Sequence record: PP359570
DNA: 64,000 nucleotides
Strand: one strand, 5' to 3'
DNA from: Escherichia phage ALITA
The notes beneath the pieces were generated by a model. It was not told where the DNA came from, did no database searches, and saw only the letters and a list, made by a program, of their open reading frames with translations. Position 1 is the stretch's first letter. Each line of letters starts with the position of its first letter. The translations under genes were made by a program, and so were the position numbers. Shown piece by piece: positions 30,619-39,087 of the stretch.

Positions 30619-30741
30619 TTACCCCCAATGTATATGGGAAATTAACCAAAAGATAAATTCCCAAAAACACCAACCAAGAAAAGTTAATGGAATTATAAAA
30701 GCTATCAGAGCAGTCTTCCAGCCTTTCCACAATGTTTCCAC
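30619..30741 (-). CDS. 40-aa Trp-rich membrane peptide (hand-called, GTG start)
   Basis: GTG overlaps the methyltransferase stop (TAGTG) after GGAGGAATA; stop lies 1 nt before the next ATG. Confidence 0.4.
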   Translation of the reverse strand: METLWKGWKTALIAFIIPLTFLGWCFWEFIFWLISHIHWG

Positions 30742-31730
30742 TATTCCTCCATACATTTAAGAATATGTGCAATGACAGGTATAGTCCAACCGTTACCTAA
30801 CATCTTATATGCTTGTGTGTTACTACTCACTTTAAAGTAGTCATCTGGCACACCTTGCAAACGGCAACACTCTTTAACGGTTAACTTTCTATAATGTACG
30901 CCTTCACTCAATTTTTCAAAAGCATCTAAATATCTTCCAGGTGGAATGTAAGCTAATAGTACGTCTTTCGGCACAGTCGTGAGGCAACGAGTTTTTTCAC
31001 TGTCCTGAACTTCCAAACAATGTACCAAACGATCAGTTTTAGATGTACTACGTTTGCCATTTTCATTAATTCTACGCCCATATATTGCTGCTGGATAAAA
31101 AACCAGTTGTCTGCGACTCTTTTCAAAATACTGTTCTATATTACCACCTTTGGCATAATTTGCATCTATGCAATAAGCCTTATCTCTGTCTACAATACTA
31201 TCATCTTCAATGATATCTTGCAACACTTCATTGGTAATATCCCAGGGTTTTATTTCCCAGTTGCACCAGTATAAACGTTGTCTATTCTGTGCCGTGAAAT
31301 CTGCGGAGTTAATGAATACGGGATCAACACCTAAGTAACTTGTGATCACGTTTTCCCACTCCACTTTCATCTTAACGTTTTCAAGCATGAACTTAACATT
31401 AGGGTTAAACTTTTTAATATGTTCAAGAATCTCAACATATTCGAAGAATAGCTTAGATCGCGGATCTTGAAAGTTCAAACCCTTACCAGAAGAAGAGAAG
31501 CCTTGACACGGACTACCACCTAACAAAAGATCAATTTCTCCCCACGGGATATCCCATTCTCTCCATTTTGTAACATCACCTAACTGAATAATATCTGGAA
31601 AATTTGCTTGGCTTTCAGCTATGGCGAATTTGTCTAATTCTGAAGCATAATATGTATCTACGTCAATACCTGCACTTTTTAGCGCAAGCATTCCTCCTGA
31701 CATGCCATCAAAAAGACTTAAAACTTTCAT
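30741..31730 (-). CDS. DNA (cytosine-5)-methyltransferase
   Basis: Motif I LFDGMSGG, IV GGSPCQGFS, VI ENV, VIII QNRQR, X GNGW. Confidence 0.9.
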   Translation of the reverse strand: MKVLSLFDGMSGGMLALKSAGIDVDTYYASELDKFAIAESQANFPDIIQLGDVTKWREWDIPWGEIDLLLGGSPCQGFSSSGKGLNFQDPRSKLFFEYVEILEHIKKFNPNVKFMLENVKMKVEWENVITSYLGVDPVFINSADFTAQNRQRLYWCNWEIKPWDITNEVLQDIIEDDSIVDRDKAYCIDANYAKGGNIEQYFEKSRRQLVFYPAAIYGRRINENGKRSTSKTDRLVHCLEVQDSEKTRCLTTVPKDVLLAYIPPGRYLDAFEKLSEGVHYRKLTVKECCRLQGVPDDYFKVSSNTQAYKMLGNGWTIPVIAHILKCMEE

Positions 31731-31732
31731 TA

Positions 31733-32143
31733 TTACTTCTTCTCCTTAACACTAGCTGGTAATTCTGCCTTGAGGCAGAAGTTTAAACGGTAAGCCTCAT
31801 TCTCATTTAAAAGTACAGATTCACACGATAACCAGAACAAGAGATCCTCAATACCAGGGCTGTTAAGCCAACAGTGCAGAAGAGAATGTTGTTCTATATC
31901 AATGTAATTTAGTAACAAGGCTTGTAAGGCGTAACTAGTTCCTGTCGTTTTTGCTTTTTCAAGGATGATATTGTGTTTACTAACAACTTTCTTCCTAAGA
32001 CCAAACCATTTATTAACAACAACAGTCTCTTCTTGTAGTTGTTTTCTTATTTTCTCACATTCTTTAACTACAATCTGCATCTTATCCACTGCTGATTGAA
32101 GTTGTTCTTTTGTTGGGTTTACAAAATAATCACTATAATACAT
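31733..32143 (-). CDS. hypothetical protein
   Basis: 136-aa ORF with GAGGAG RBS. Confidence 0.65.
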   Translation of the reverse strand: MYYSDYFVNPTKEQLQSAVDKMQIVVKECEKIRKQLQEETVVVNKWFGLRKKVVSKHNIILEKAKTTGTSYALQALLLNYIDIEQHSLLHCWLNSPGIEDLLFWLSCESVLLNENEAYRLNFCLKAELPASVKEKK

Positions 32144-32169
32144 GCTAAACTCCTCTTCTGTTTTTCTGT

Positions 32170-32198
32170 AGTTTATTCGAAAAAACTGGTGTTGTCAA
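32170..32198 (-). promoter_or_regulatory. sigma70-like promoter TTGACA-N17-TAAACT (minus strand)
   Basis: Immediately downstream of terminator 32200-32220, upstream of 31733..32143. Confidence 0.5.
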
Positions 32199-32199
32199 C

Positions 32200-32220
32200 A
32201 AAAAACCCGCCGAAGCGGGT
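32200..32220 (-). terminator. intrinsic terminator ACCCGC-TTCG-GCGGGT + T5 (minus strand)
   Basis: Same hairpin as at 2875 and 27833 but on the other strand. Confidence 0.7.
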
Positions 32221-32225
32221 TTATA

Positions 32226-32483
32226 TTATTCTACAGGAACTTCTTCACCAAGAGAAACTTCTAAACGGAATGCTTTACTTTCAATACATTCACTACCTTT
32301 TAAGAAATCGAATTGCACTATAGACTGACTTAATAGAATAGATAGAATCACATCGCAATCTTCACTAGGGGCTAGATGTTTGTATTCTTCCTTCAAGGTA
32401 ACATCATAAAAACATAAGTCCCCTACTCCTAGTTCATCCCATCCTTCCCACGCATCTACAAAGTTAAACTCTAAACCTTTCAT
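32226..32483 (-). CDS. hypothetical protein
   Basis: 85-aa ORF, ATGA overlap. Confidence 0.6.
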   Translation of the reverse strand: MKGLEFNFVDAWEGWDELGVGDLCFYDVTLKEEYKHLAPSEDCDVILSILLSQSIVQFDFLKGSECIESKAFRLEVSLGEEVPVE

Positions 32484-33004
32484 ACAATCTCCTCGTAATT
32501 GTTATTGTGTTTTACTGTCTCAACATACAATAAAGATTCCATCTGTAATACATTACCAGAAATAATAAACCCATAAGCCATTTCAGATGTGTCTATATCA
32601 TATGCCCCGTCTTCCGGTTTAGCAAAGTGTAAAACTATTTCATCTGGGTTTTCTTCATCCCATAGTTTAGAAATTTTCCGAACCAGAATGTTAGCTAAAA
32701 TAGTTGACATTCGGGATAAAGCTGTATCCTCATATCTTTTAAAACCTAGCCAATAGAGGTTAAGAATTTCTACTTCTTCTTGTGTTAAGTTTTTGTCTAA
32801 AGTAATCAGATCTGTAGAGCACGGCGTTTTTGTTGAACCTACTGTTACAAAACCTGGAGTGTTATGAAAAACAATCTTAACTTTATCACGTATAAAGTTT
32901 AAACCTTGTGCCTCAACTATATATTGTATTGTAGGTACAATATCGTTTGTTACATCAATAAAACTATCTTTAATGACGCTTATATTATTTCTGGACAATA
33001 CCAT
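32480..33004 (-). CDS. hypothetical protein
   Basis: 174-aa ORF. Confidence 0.65.
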   Translation of the reverse strand: MVLSRNNISVIKDSFIDVTNDIVPTIQYIVEAQGLNFIRDKVKIVFHNTPGFVTVGSTKTPCSTDLITLDKNLTQEEVEILNLYWLGFKRYEDTALSRMSTILANILVRKISKLWDEENPDEIVLHFAKPEDGAYDIDTSEMAYGFIISGNVLQMESLLYVETVKHNNNYEEIV

Positions 33005-33566
33005 TCTCCTCTAAGATAGGCTTAATAAATTCGAAAATTTGTTTTTTACTTTTACCTCGAATATTAAAACAAGGAACATTAAACTTTTTAGCCAACATCC
33101 AAGCTGTTCTTGTACCACCTAAAGGATCTCCATTTTTATCTGTATTTGCACAAGCCAAAAGAAAACAAGATGGTTTTGGATTCTCAAGATCTCTTCCAAG
33201 AACTTGGTGGATATTTCTTTGATGTAATTTTTTAGCACCTTGAGATAATCTGTCCCAAGCTGGATGCAATTCTTTTGCATATTGCAAGGTTAAAGCATAG
33301 TTTACACTATCTGGTCTGTCAAGAACAATAACCTCTCCCTCTATTTCATTACCTTTAAACGAGAGCCAAGGGATGTATATTTCTTTCTTTGTATTGTTCC
33401 CACTATCATATACCCCGCATTCAAATGCGGAATCTGCACCTTCTGCTTTACCAGATCGCAAAATGAACCATGTAGATAGCCATTTTGCAACAGATACCAT
33501 AGTATCCCATTCTTCGTCTGTAATATCTCTGCTACCAACACCTGTGTAGAATAAATCGCTCATGGT
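32985..33566 (-). CDS. SLOG-superfamily (DprA/Smf-like) Rossmann-fold protein
   Basis: YTGVGSRD...RSGKAEGADSAFECG pattern; start set at MSDLFY with AAGGAG RBS. Confidence 0.55.
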   Translation of the reverse strand, partial: TMSDLFYTGVGSRDITDEEWDTMVSVAKWLSTWFILRSGKAEGADSAFECGVYDSGNNTKKEIYIPWLSFKGNEIEGEVIVLDRPDSVNYALTLQYAKELHPAWDRLSQGAKKLHQRNIHQVLGRDLENPKPSCFLLACANTDKNGDPLGGTRTAWMLAKKFNVPCFNIRGKSKKQIFEFIKPILEENGIVQK

Positions 33567-33573
33567 TTTCTCC

Positions 33574-33894
33574 TTAACAAGTAATATTGGGAGTAACAAT
33601 TGGATTAACAATTGGAGTGATAGGGTACGTAAACCAAGGGCTTCCAATTTCCCAAGGATTATAAGGTCTACGAGGATCAAATGGAGGAGTTACTTCAGGC
33701 TTTTTCCAAATCTCCGCTAGTTGTTTCTTCCATTTATCCCTTGCTGTCTCATTATCTTCATCCAACTGTTCATCATTATCTTTTATTTCTGGTTTTGGAA
33801 ATAAAAGCTCTTTGACTAACTCAACATCTTCCGTCTCAATAGTAGTTTCTTTCGTAAGTTCTCCTACTGTTTCTTTAATTGTGATTTTATACAT
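33574..33894 (-). CDS. hypothetical protein
   Basis: 106-aa ORF. Confidence 0.6.
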   Translation of the reverse strand: MYKITIKETVGELTKETTIETEDVELVKELLFPKPEIKDNDEQLDEDNETARDKWKKQLAEIWKKPEVTPPFDPRRPYNPWEIGSPWFTYPITPIVNPIVTPNITC

Positions 33895-34640
33895 TAGTCC
33901 TCCTCTAAAGTAGAATAAAATTGTAACGTATTTGAATCATCAAAATATGCAAAGGTTAAATTACCATTGAAGCAAGATCCTGTGTCCATATATACCCTAT
34001 TACTGCTAATCATAGGTTTAGGAACATAAGAATGCCCGTGAAATACATAATCTACTCCTGAAACCCTAGGAAGAAGAATCCCTTCAAGTGCGCAATCTAT
34101 CATATCACGATCCCACATTAAAGATTCTGTGAATCGAGAAACTTGCTCTTTATTCATATTCAAACAAAATGGCAAAACTTCTGTCACTGGTAAATGTTCC
34201 AAAACTGAAGGATACCCACCGTGAATAAAGCCTAGTTTCATATTACGATAATTGACAACAAGTACAACAGGTAAATCTTCTAGCATCAAAGCAAGAGCAG
34301 TTGCACCCTCTTCTCCACACTCGTCTAGAACTGTATGGCCTCCGTTCTGAAACCAACATTCGTAATATCGTCTATCACCTTCTAGCAACCCTTTAATCAT
34401 CATATCTTCATGGTTCCCACGAATACCATAACGATTTAGCTTTCTGGTGAATTCAACAACACAACGAAAATTCTGCTTGCCGCGATCTGTAAGATCTCCT
34501 AAAGATACAACAACATCTTGATCTCGGATACCTAAAGTATTAACACCTTTCTGGTACAAATCAAAGCAACCATGTAAATCACCAATAATAAACAGGTCTT
34601 GATCATCTTTTACACTAATTTCTTGATATACTAGCATCAA
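33894..34640 (-). CDS. Ser/Thr protein phosphatase (lambda PPase / PrpA-like metallophosphoesterase)
   Basis: GDLHGC, GDLTDRG, GNHE, HGG and HGH motifs in canonical order. Confidence 0.85.
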   Translation of the reverse strand: MMLVYQEISVKDDQDLFIIGDLHGCFDLYQKGVNTLGIRDQDVVVSLGDLTDRGKQNFRCVVEFTRKLNRYGIRGNHEDMMIKGLLEGDRRYYECWFQNGGHTVLDECGEEGATALALMLEDLPVVLVVNYRNMKLGFIHGGYPSVLEHLPVTEVLPFCLNMNKEQVSRFTESLMWDRDMIDCALEGILLPRVSGVDYVFHGHSYVPKPMISSNRVYMDTGSCFNGNLTFAYFDDSNTLQFYSTLEED

Positions 34641-34963
34641 CTCTCCTCAAAATCCATAAGTATAAAGATATTAACTTTACCTTCTATATTATGTTCTACA
34701 ACAAGATCTGCAAATTCTTTGTAGGCTTTTTCTTCTATTTGTTCAATGTGAGACGCTACATCTTTGTATATAGCGTCACCATCTACTTTAACAAGGAGGA
34801 ATAGAGATCTTACTTCAATCTCTTTATTTTTACGGGGTAGAAAATCGACGGCTTCTTGTATACGCCAGCCGAGATACCCTGGAGTCCTTTGAATATCCTC
34901 CAAATGACTTTCTAAGATTTCCCTTCCTTTGTCTATTAAAGCCTGTTCTGTCGTTATTTTCAT
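34637..34963 (-). CDS. hypothetical protein
   Basis: 108-aa ORF, 4-nt overlap. Confidence 0.65.
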   Translation of the reverse strand: MKITTEQALIDKGREILESHLEDIQRTPGYLGWRIQEAVDFLPRKNKEIEVRSLFLLVKVDGDAIYKDVASHIEQIEEKAYKEFADLVVEHNIEGKVNIFILMDFEES

Positions 34964-34973
34964 CCCCTTCTCC

Positions 34974-35546
34974 TTAATGTGTTAATGAAACTGCGTAACT
35001 AAACACAGGTTCAGATATTACATCGGCTACAGTAATAAAAACGTCTTCGTCTTGAGTTGTTTCTACACGACATACAGTTACACCATTCACCACGAATTCA
35101 ACGCAATGTGGAATATCTTCACAAACGAAGGTAGTGTAAGTAACACCCAAAGCATCATACAAAGATTTAACAGTGTTTGCAAGTGCCGCAGTTTCTTCTT
35201 TTTCTGAGACAATGAATGCTGTAACAACAAGATTGTTTGCATAGTTTAGACTGTCCTCTATAGCCAATGATTTACAAGGTAGTAATGCAAAATATTTACC
35301 TGGTTTAATCAGACCTGCTTCCCATTGATTCAAAATTGCTTGGGATGGTTTAGTAATATAAAACAGATTTTCACTTGGGTTATCAATATTACTTCTGGCG
35401 ATACAACGTGAAGGATTATTAATATCAAACACATGATCAAAATCTACACAAACTGGTAAACTGAAAGGTGTGAATTTTTTACCTAATAATCCTACTGCTG
35501 ACAATATGTTTGCTGTGCTTATCTTCCCGTTAAAAGCTAAACGCAT
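34974..35546 (-). CDS. hypothetical protein
   Basis: 190-aa ORF. Confidence 0.65.
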   Translation of the reverse strand: MRLAFNGKISTANILSAVGLLGKKFTPFSLPVCVDFDHVFDINNPSRCIARSNIDNPSENLFYITKPSQAILNQWEAGLIKPGKYFALLPCKSLAIEDSLNYANNLVVTAFIVSEKEETAALANTVKSLYDALGVTYTTFVCEDIPHCVEFVVNGVTVCRVETTQDEDVFITVADVISEPVFSYAVSLTH

Positions 35547-35557
35547 ATTTAACTCCT

Positions 35558-35761
35558 TTAACTAGCAACCGTAACTTCCGAACTTTCTTCTTTCGTACTG
35601 TCTACGATATGCCTGGTGGCAATATACGAGACTTGCCAGTTACCATCTGGTGTAGTCTCAATAAGTACCCTATCTACTTCGAGAAAATGCAAAAATTCAA
35701 CCATCGCTCGCTTCGATAGGAATTGTTTTTTAACAGTCTCCTCAAAAGATTGAACTGCCAT
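35558..35761 (-). CDS. hypothetical protein
   Basis: 67-aa ORF with GGAGGAAAC RBS. Confidence 0.6.
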   Translation of the reverse strand: MAVQSFEETVKKQFLSKRAMVEFLHFLEVDRVLIETTPDGNWQVSYIATRHIVDSTKEESSEVTVAS

Positions 35762-35770
35762 GTTTCCTCC

Positions 35771-36433
35771 TTATTTAATATTCAATTTTGCACAAAGACG
35801 TTGTACCGCTTTGGCATCGAACAAACTCCCACGAATAGTTCTCTTTCCTGATTCATTCAGATGTTTTGCAATCGTCATATATGGCGTTTTACAAGCTCTG
35901 TATGCAACTAAAGAATCTTTTAAAGAAAGCGCAAACTCTTTTGAGCGTTTTGCTTCTTCCGTTTTCGTATAATCTGTTCTTTTGTATTTAGGGTTTGCTG
36001 CACCAAGAAGCGTTCCCTTCGCTTTTGCTACTTTAAGGCTCTTCTTAACACGATCAGATATTGCACGAGCCTCTTCTTCTGCCAGAACTGCTAAAATATT
36101 TATTATCATATTTTCAGCGGAGGGCATAGTTGCTATTCGTACATTAATCATCTCTAACAAGGTTGCAACAGAAGCTGTGTTACGTCCAAGACGGTCAACC
36201 TTAGCAACAACAAGTGTAGCACCTGTTTCTTTGCAAAGATTAACAGCTTTTACAAGCTCTCTACGTTGCTTCCAATCGCCTTTACCCGAATAAAACTCTG
36301 CAAAGCTACCTACAATAGTATAATTTTCTTGTGAATCCAGGAAGCGTTGGATATCTGCTTCCTGTGATTCTATACCATACTGGTTGCCTTGTTGTTTCTT
36401 CTTAGAAAGTCGATGATACAGTACAAACTTCAT
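35771..36433 (-). CDS. small serine recombinase (resolvase/invertase type, C-terminal HTH)
   Basis: YHRLSKKKQ catalytic-Ser motif, VAKVDRLGRN, EEEARAISDRVK, C-terminal HTH IAKHLNESGKRTIRG. Confidence 0.85.
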   Translation of the reverse strand: MKFVLYHRLSKKKQQGNQYGIESQEADIQRFLDSQENYTIVGSFAEFYSGKGDWKQRRELVKAVNLCKETGATLVVAKVDRLGRNTASVATLLEMINVRIATMPSAENMIINILAVLAEEEARAISDRVKKSLKVAKAKGTLLGAANPKYKRTDYTKTEEAKRSKEFALSLKDSLVAYRACKTPYMTIAKHLNESGKRTIRGSLFDAKAVQRLCAKLNIK

Positions 36434-36490
36434 AATACCCTCCTGTTCTGTTACAGGAAGTATGCACTACCTTAACGTTAAAGTCAACAG

Positions 36491-36694
36491 TTAAGTAGTG
36501 GTAATATCATCTTCTTGAATATCAGGATCAACTTCTGCAAAGATAGCTTCTACAGGAATTTCTTCACCTGCTATTCTAGAAAGAAGCACTGAACCAATAG
36601 CTTTTGCGTGTTCTTCGGATTCCGCATAAACATTAGTCCCTGTGTCTTTTTTCTTAGTTTCGTTAAAATATACCAGATAGTAATTGTATGCCAT
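36491..36694 (-). CDS. hypothetical protein
   Basis: Start at MAYNYY overlapping the previous stop (TAATG). Confidence 0.55.
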   Translation of the reverse strand: MAYNYYLVYFNETKKKDTGTNVYAESEEHAKAIGSVLLSRIAGEEIPVEAIFAEVDPDIQEDDITTT

Positions 36695-36924
36695 TATTCT
36701 TCCCAATCGTTGTTACGAGCATTTTCAAGAACCTTGACAACTTCTGCATACTCTACAGCTAAACCAGCACACACTTCAGCTTGTTTTGCAATTGCTTGTT
36801 TAAAGAACATAGCGATTGCAACACTCTGTGTTGTGTGAATGTTATCTGCTTTAGTTGATACGTGAAGATCAAAATCTTCTTCATCAAAGGGGAGTTCCAT
36901 AGTAACAATAAATTTCTCGGTCAT
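36694..36924 (-). CDS. hypothetical protein
   Basis: Start at MTEKFIV with AAGAGGAG RBS. Confidence 0.55.
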   Translation of the reverse strand: MTEKFIVTMELPFDEEDFDLHVSTKADNIHTTQSVAIAMFFKQAIAKQAEVCAGLAVEYAEVVKVLENARNNDWEE

Positions 36925-36937
36925 AAAAATGCTCCTC

Positions 36938-37447
36938 TTAAACAAAATAGAAAGGTTGAGTTAAACCCAGCCTGTTTTTTGGGTCGTAGACGTACCAAGC
37001 ATATGCTGTCTTATCAGTACCACCTGCAACAAAAGATGGTCGTTCAGAAAGAACAATCAAATTTGTTGGTGGATTCTGTTTATGGAACTCCCTTCGTTTA
37101 ATAGACTCTAGGAACCCAAGACGCAACAAGTATATGCAAACGTCTGCTTCTTTTAAGCTCTTTTGCAAGAACTCAAGTGCAAGTTTGAATGGGGGATTTG
37201 TGATTATAATATCCGGCTTAGTATGCCATTCGTGGTTAAAATAATCTTTCCCTTCTTCTAACTCACAATATTCTGATCCTTCTGGAAAATGTTGATAAAT
37301 TGCAGCAGCAGCACCTTTACACGGTTCTGCAAAAATAAAACCTTCTTCTTTAAGGTTATTAAAATCTATTACACTAAATAATGCATTTATACATTTTTGT
37401 GGAGTAGGATAGTAATCAGTTGGTGGACGATCATACTTATTTGCCAC
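36938..37447 (-). CDS. DNA N6-adenine methyltransferase (gamma-type, NPPF)
   Basis: YYPTP (motif X), FAEPCKGAAA (motif I-like), IIITNPPF (motif IV). Confidence 0.7.
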   Translation of the reverse strand: MANKYDRPPTDYYPTPQKCINALFSVIDFNNLKEEGFIFAEPCKGAAAAIYQHFPEGSEYCELEEGKDYFNHEWHTKPDIIITNPPFKLALEFLQKSLKEADVCIYLLRLGFLESIKRREFHKQNPPTNLIVLSERPSFVAGGTDKTAYAWYVYDPKNRLGLTQPFYFV

Positions 37448-37865
37448 TACTTAAAATCTCCTCTTTTGTGATTTCAGGGTCTTCTTCAAAAACCATAATA
37501 TCTCTTAAGAACGTTAATTCTTCCATAGATACTGGTATTGTATCTTCTTCTGTTTTTCGTTTACATAAATCGTCAAGAAAGTTTTTAAAGTTTTCTGACA
37601 AATCGTAAAATTTCAACAGTTGATAATCACAGGAGGAGATCCTATCTAGTTCTAACATTCTTTCTAAGATATTTTCTGTGTTGCCATACAGCACACGAAC
37701 TTCTCCGAAAGGGTTGACTGAATATTGTGAAGTTCTGAACCATCCCTTTTTAGATACAGTGTAACGCTGTTCTGCTAAACTTTCAATAAAATTTTTAGCT
37801 CTTTTACAGTTTTGTTCTAAAGAGTAGTAGGCTTTTTCTACAAAGGTTACAGGTACTGGTAACAT
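37437..37865 (-). CDS. hypothetical protein
   Basis: 142-aa ORF with GGAGGAG RBS. Confidence 0.65.
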   Translation of the reverse strand: MLPVPVTFVEKAYYSLEQNCKRAKNFIESLAEQRYTVSKKGWFRTSQYSVNPFGEVRVLYGNTENILERMLELDRISSCDYQLLKFYDLSENFKNFLDDLCKRKTEEDTIPVSMEELTFLRDIMVFEEDPEITKEEILSSGK

Positions 37866-37875
37866 ATCTCCTCCT

Positions 37876-37896
37876 AATAAACCCCCTCAAGGGGGT
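37876..37896 (-). terminator. hairpin ACCCCC-TTGA-GGGGGT
   Basis: 10 nt after the stop of the HslV-like gene. Confidence 0.5.
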
Positions 37897-37906
37897 TTGT
37901 GTTAGA

Positions 37907-38560
37907 TTAATTATCAGAGGATACTTTATCAAGTTTTTCAGAGACTGTCAATACTTTTTCTTGTGATTCTTTCATTTCTGCTAAAATACTTTCAGCTTCA
38001 TCACTATCAGGATCACCAGTCAACAGCATACTAATTAGTTGCTCCTTGCTGAAGTTCAGAATATCTTCCGCTGTTAGCTCCAGTTGTTCTTCGATCTCTT
38101 CAACAAAAGTTTCACCCCCTGAAAAAGCATCTCGTAGTTTTGCAACTTCCATTGCTTCTTCTGGGGTTGCCCCAGCGTCTAAAGCTGCTAAAGCAAAATC
38201 TGCCCCACTACCAACAGCATAGTAATCTTCAGTTAAAGGATATGCTCGCGTTGGATTATTACCCTCGTGCATATAAATTTTACCGTCTGGGTGAACAACC
38301 AATGCCACAAACTCTTCATCTTCTTTATCAGGATCGGACTGGATCACCAAACCTGGGATTGTCTCTTGTGCTGCTTGGCATTGTAAGTTTTGTTCGAACC
38401 AAGAAAAGAAAGTCAGGATAGAAGACAGACGTCCTGCACCACCAACAAGGTAGTCCCCAATTTTACGCACTTTCTTGAAATTTAAAGTGTCTACACGACT
38501 ACCTACTGTTACTTTACCGTCAGACAGAATTTTGTTACGTGTTGCAATAATTGTTGTCAT
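37907..38560 (-). CDS. HslV/proteasome-beta-like Ntn peptidase with acidic C-terminal extension
   Basis: MTTIIATRNK (Thr2 nucleophile), KVRKIGDYLVGGAG, AVGSGADFALAA align with E. coli HslV as recalled. Confidence 0.75.
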   Translation of the reverse strand: MTTIIATRNKILSDGKVTVGSRVDTLNFKKVRKIGDYLVGGAGRLSSILTFFSWFEQNLQCQAAQETIPGLVIQSDPDKEDEEFVALVVHPDGKIYMHEGNNPTRAYPLTEDYYAVGSGADFALAALDAGATPEEAMEVAKLRDAFSGGETFVEEIEEQLELTAEDILNFSKEQLISMLLTGDPDSDEAESILAEMKESQEKVLTVSEKLDKVSSDN

Positions 38561-39051
38561 TGTACTTCCTCCTGTAGTGTTTTAAGGACTGCTTTACCAC
38601 CGCTTACATATTTACGGAGGTAATCAATAGCTCTTAGTGTTTCTTTATCCACAAGAATTTTATTAGTTCTTGTTAGTGGATGATTTAGTAAATCACTGCA
38701 ATTTCTTACTAACATAGATTTCTTGTGAAAAATACTGCTAAGAAAAAGAAGTTTAGAATCTTCTTCATCAATCAGGAGTAATTCTGAATTAGACCCAGCT
38801 ACATTTATTATACACTCAAACAAGCCTTCTTGACTATCAGATAATTCCTGGTAATATTTAGTTAGCCAATCCTCGCCTTTTAACCAACTAAAAAACATCT
38901 GAACTTTTTGTAAAGTTGTCATGTTCTCTAAACGAAGAGATATTTCTTTTTCAATCTTGTCAATATAAATCTGTCTAAACTCATTCGGCTTAACTAAGCC
39001 AGCTTGATAGCATTCATCAATACCATTGCGATCAATCTCAATTAGCGTCAT
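38557..39051 (-). CDS. hypothetical protein (4-nt overlap with HslV-like gene)
   Basis: 164-aa ORF. Confidence 0.65.
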   Translation of the reverse strand: MTLIEIDRNGIDECYQAGLVKPNEFRQIYIDKIEKEISLRLENMTTLQKVQMFFSWLKGEDWLTKYYQELSDSQEGLFECIINVAGSNSELLLIDEEDSKLLFLSSIFHKKSMLVRNCSDLLNHPLTRTNKILVDKETLRAIDYLRKYVSGGKAVLKTLQEEVQ

Positions 39052-39087
39052 TTAACCTCCATAACAGGCATCCTTGCCTTGTAATTA

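Noticed and set aside
35982-36293. 103-aa + strand ORF
   Set aside because: It is antisense to the serine recombinase gene, which has unambiguous catalytic motifs.
35771-36433. Serine recombinase as evidence that the phage is temperate or that the window is a prophage
   Set aside because: No repressor or anti-repressor, attachment site, or host flanking genes were seen. The surrounding content (lysozyme, RNR, ligases, host-takeover clusters) is typical of large virulent phages. The recombinase alone is insufficient evidence.
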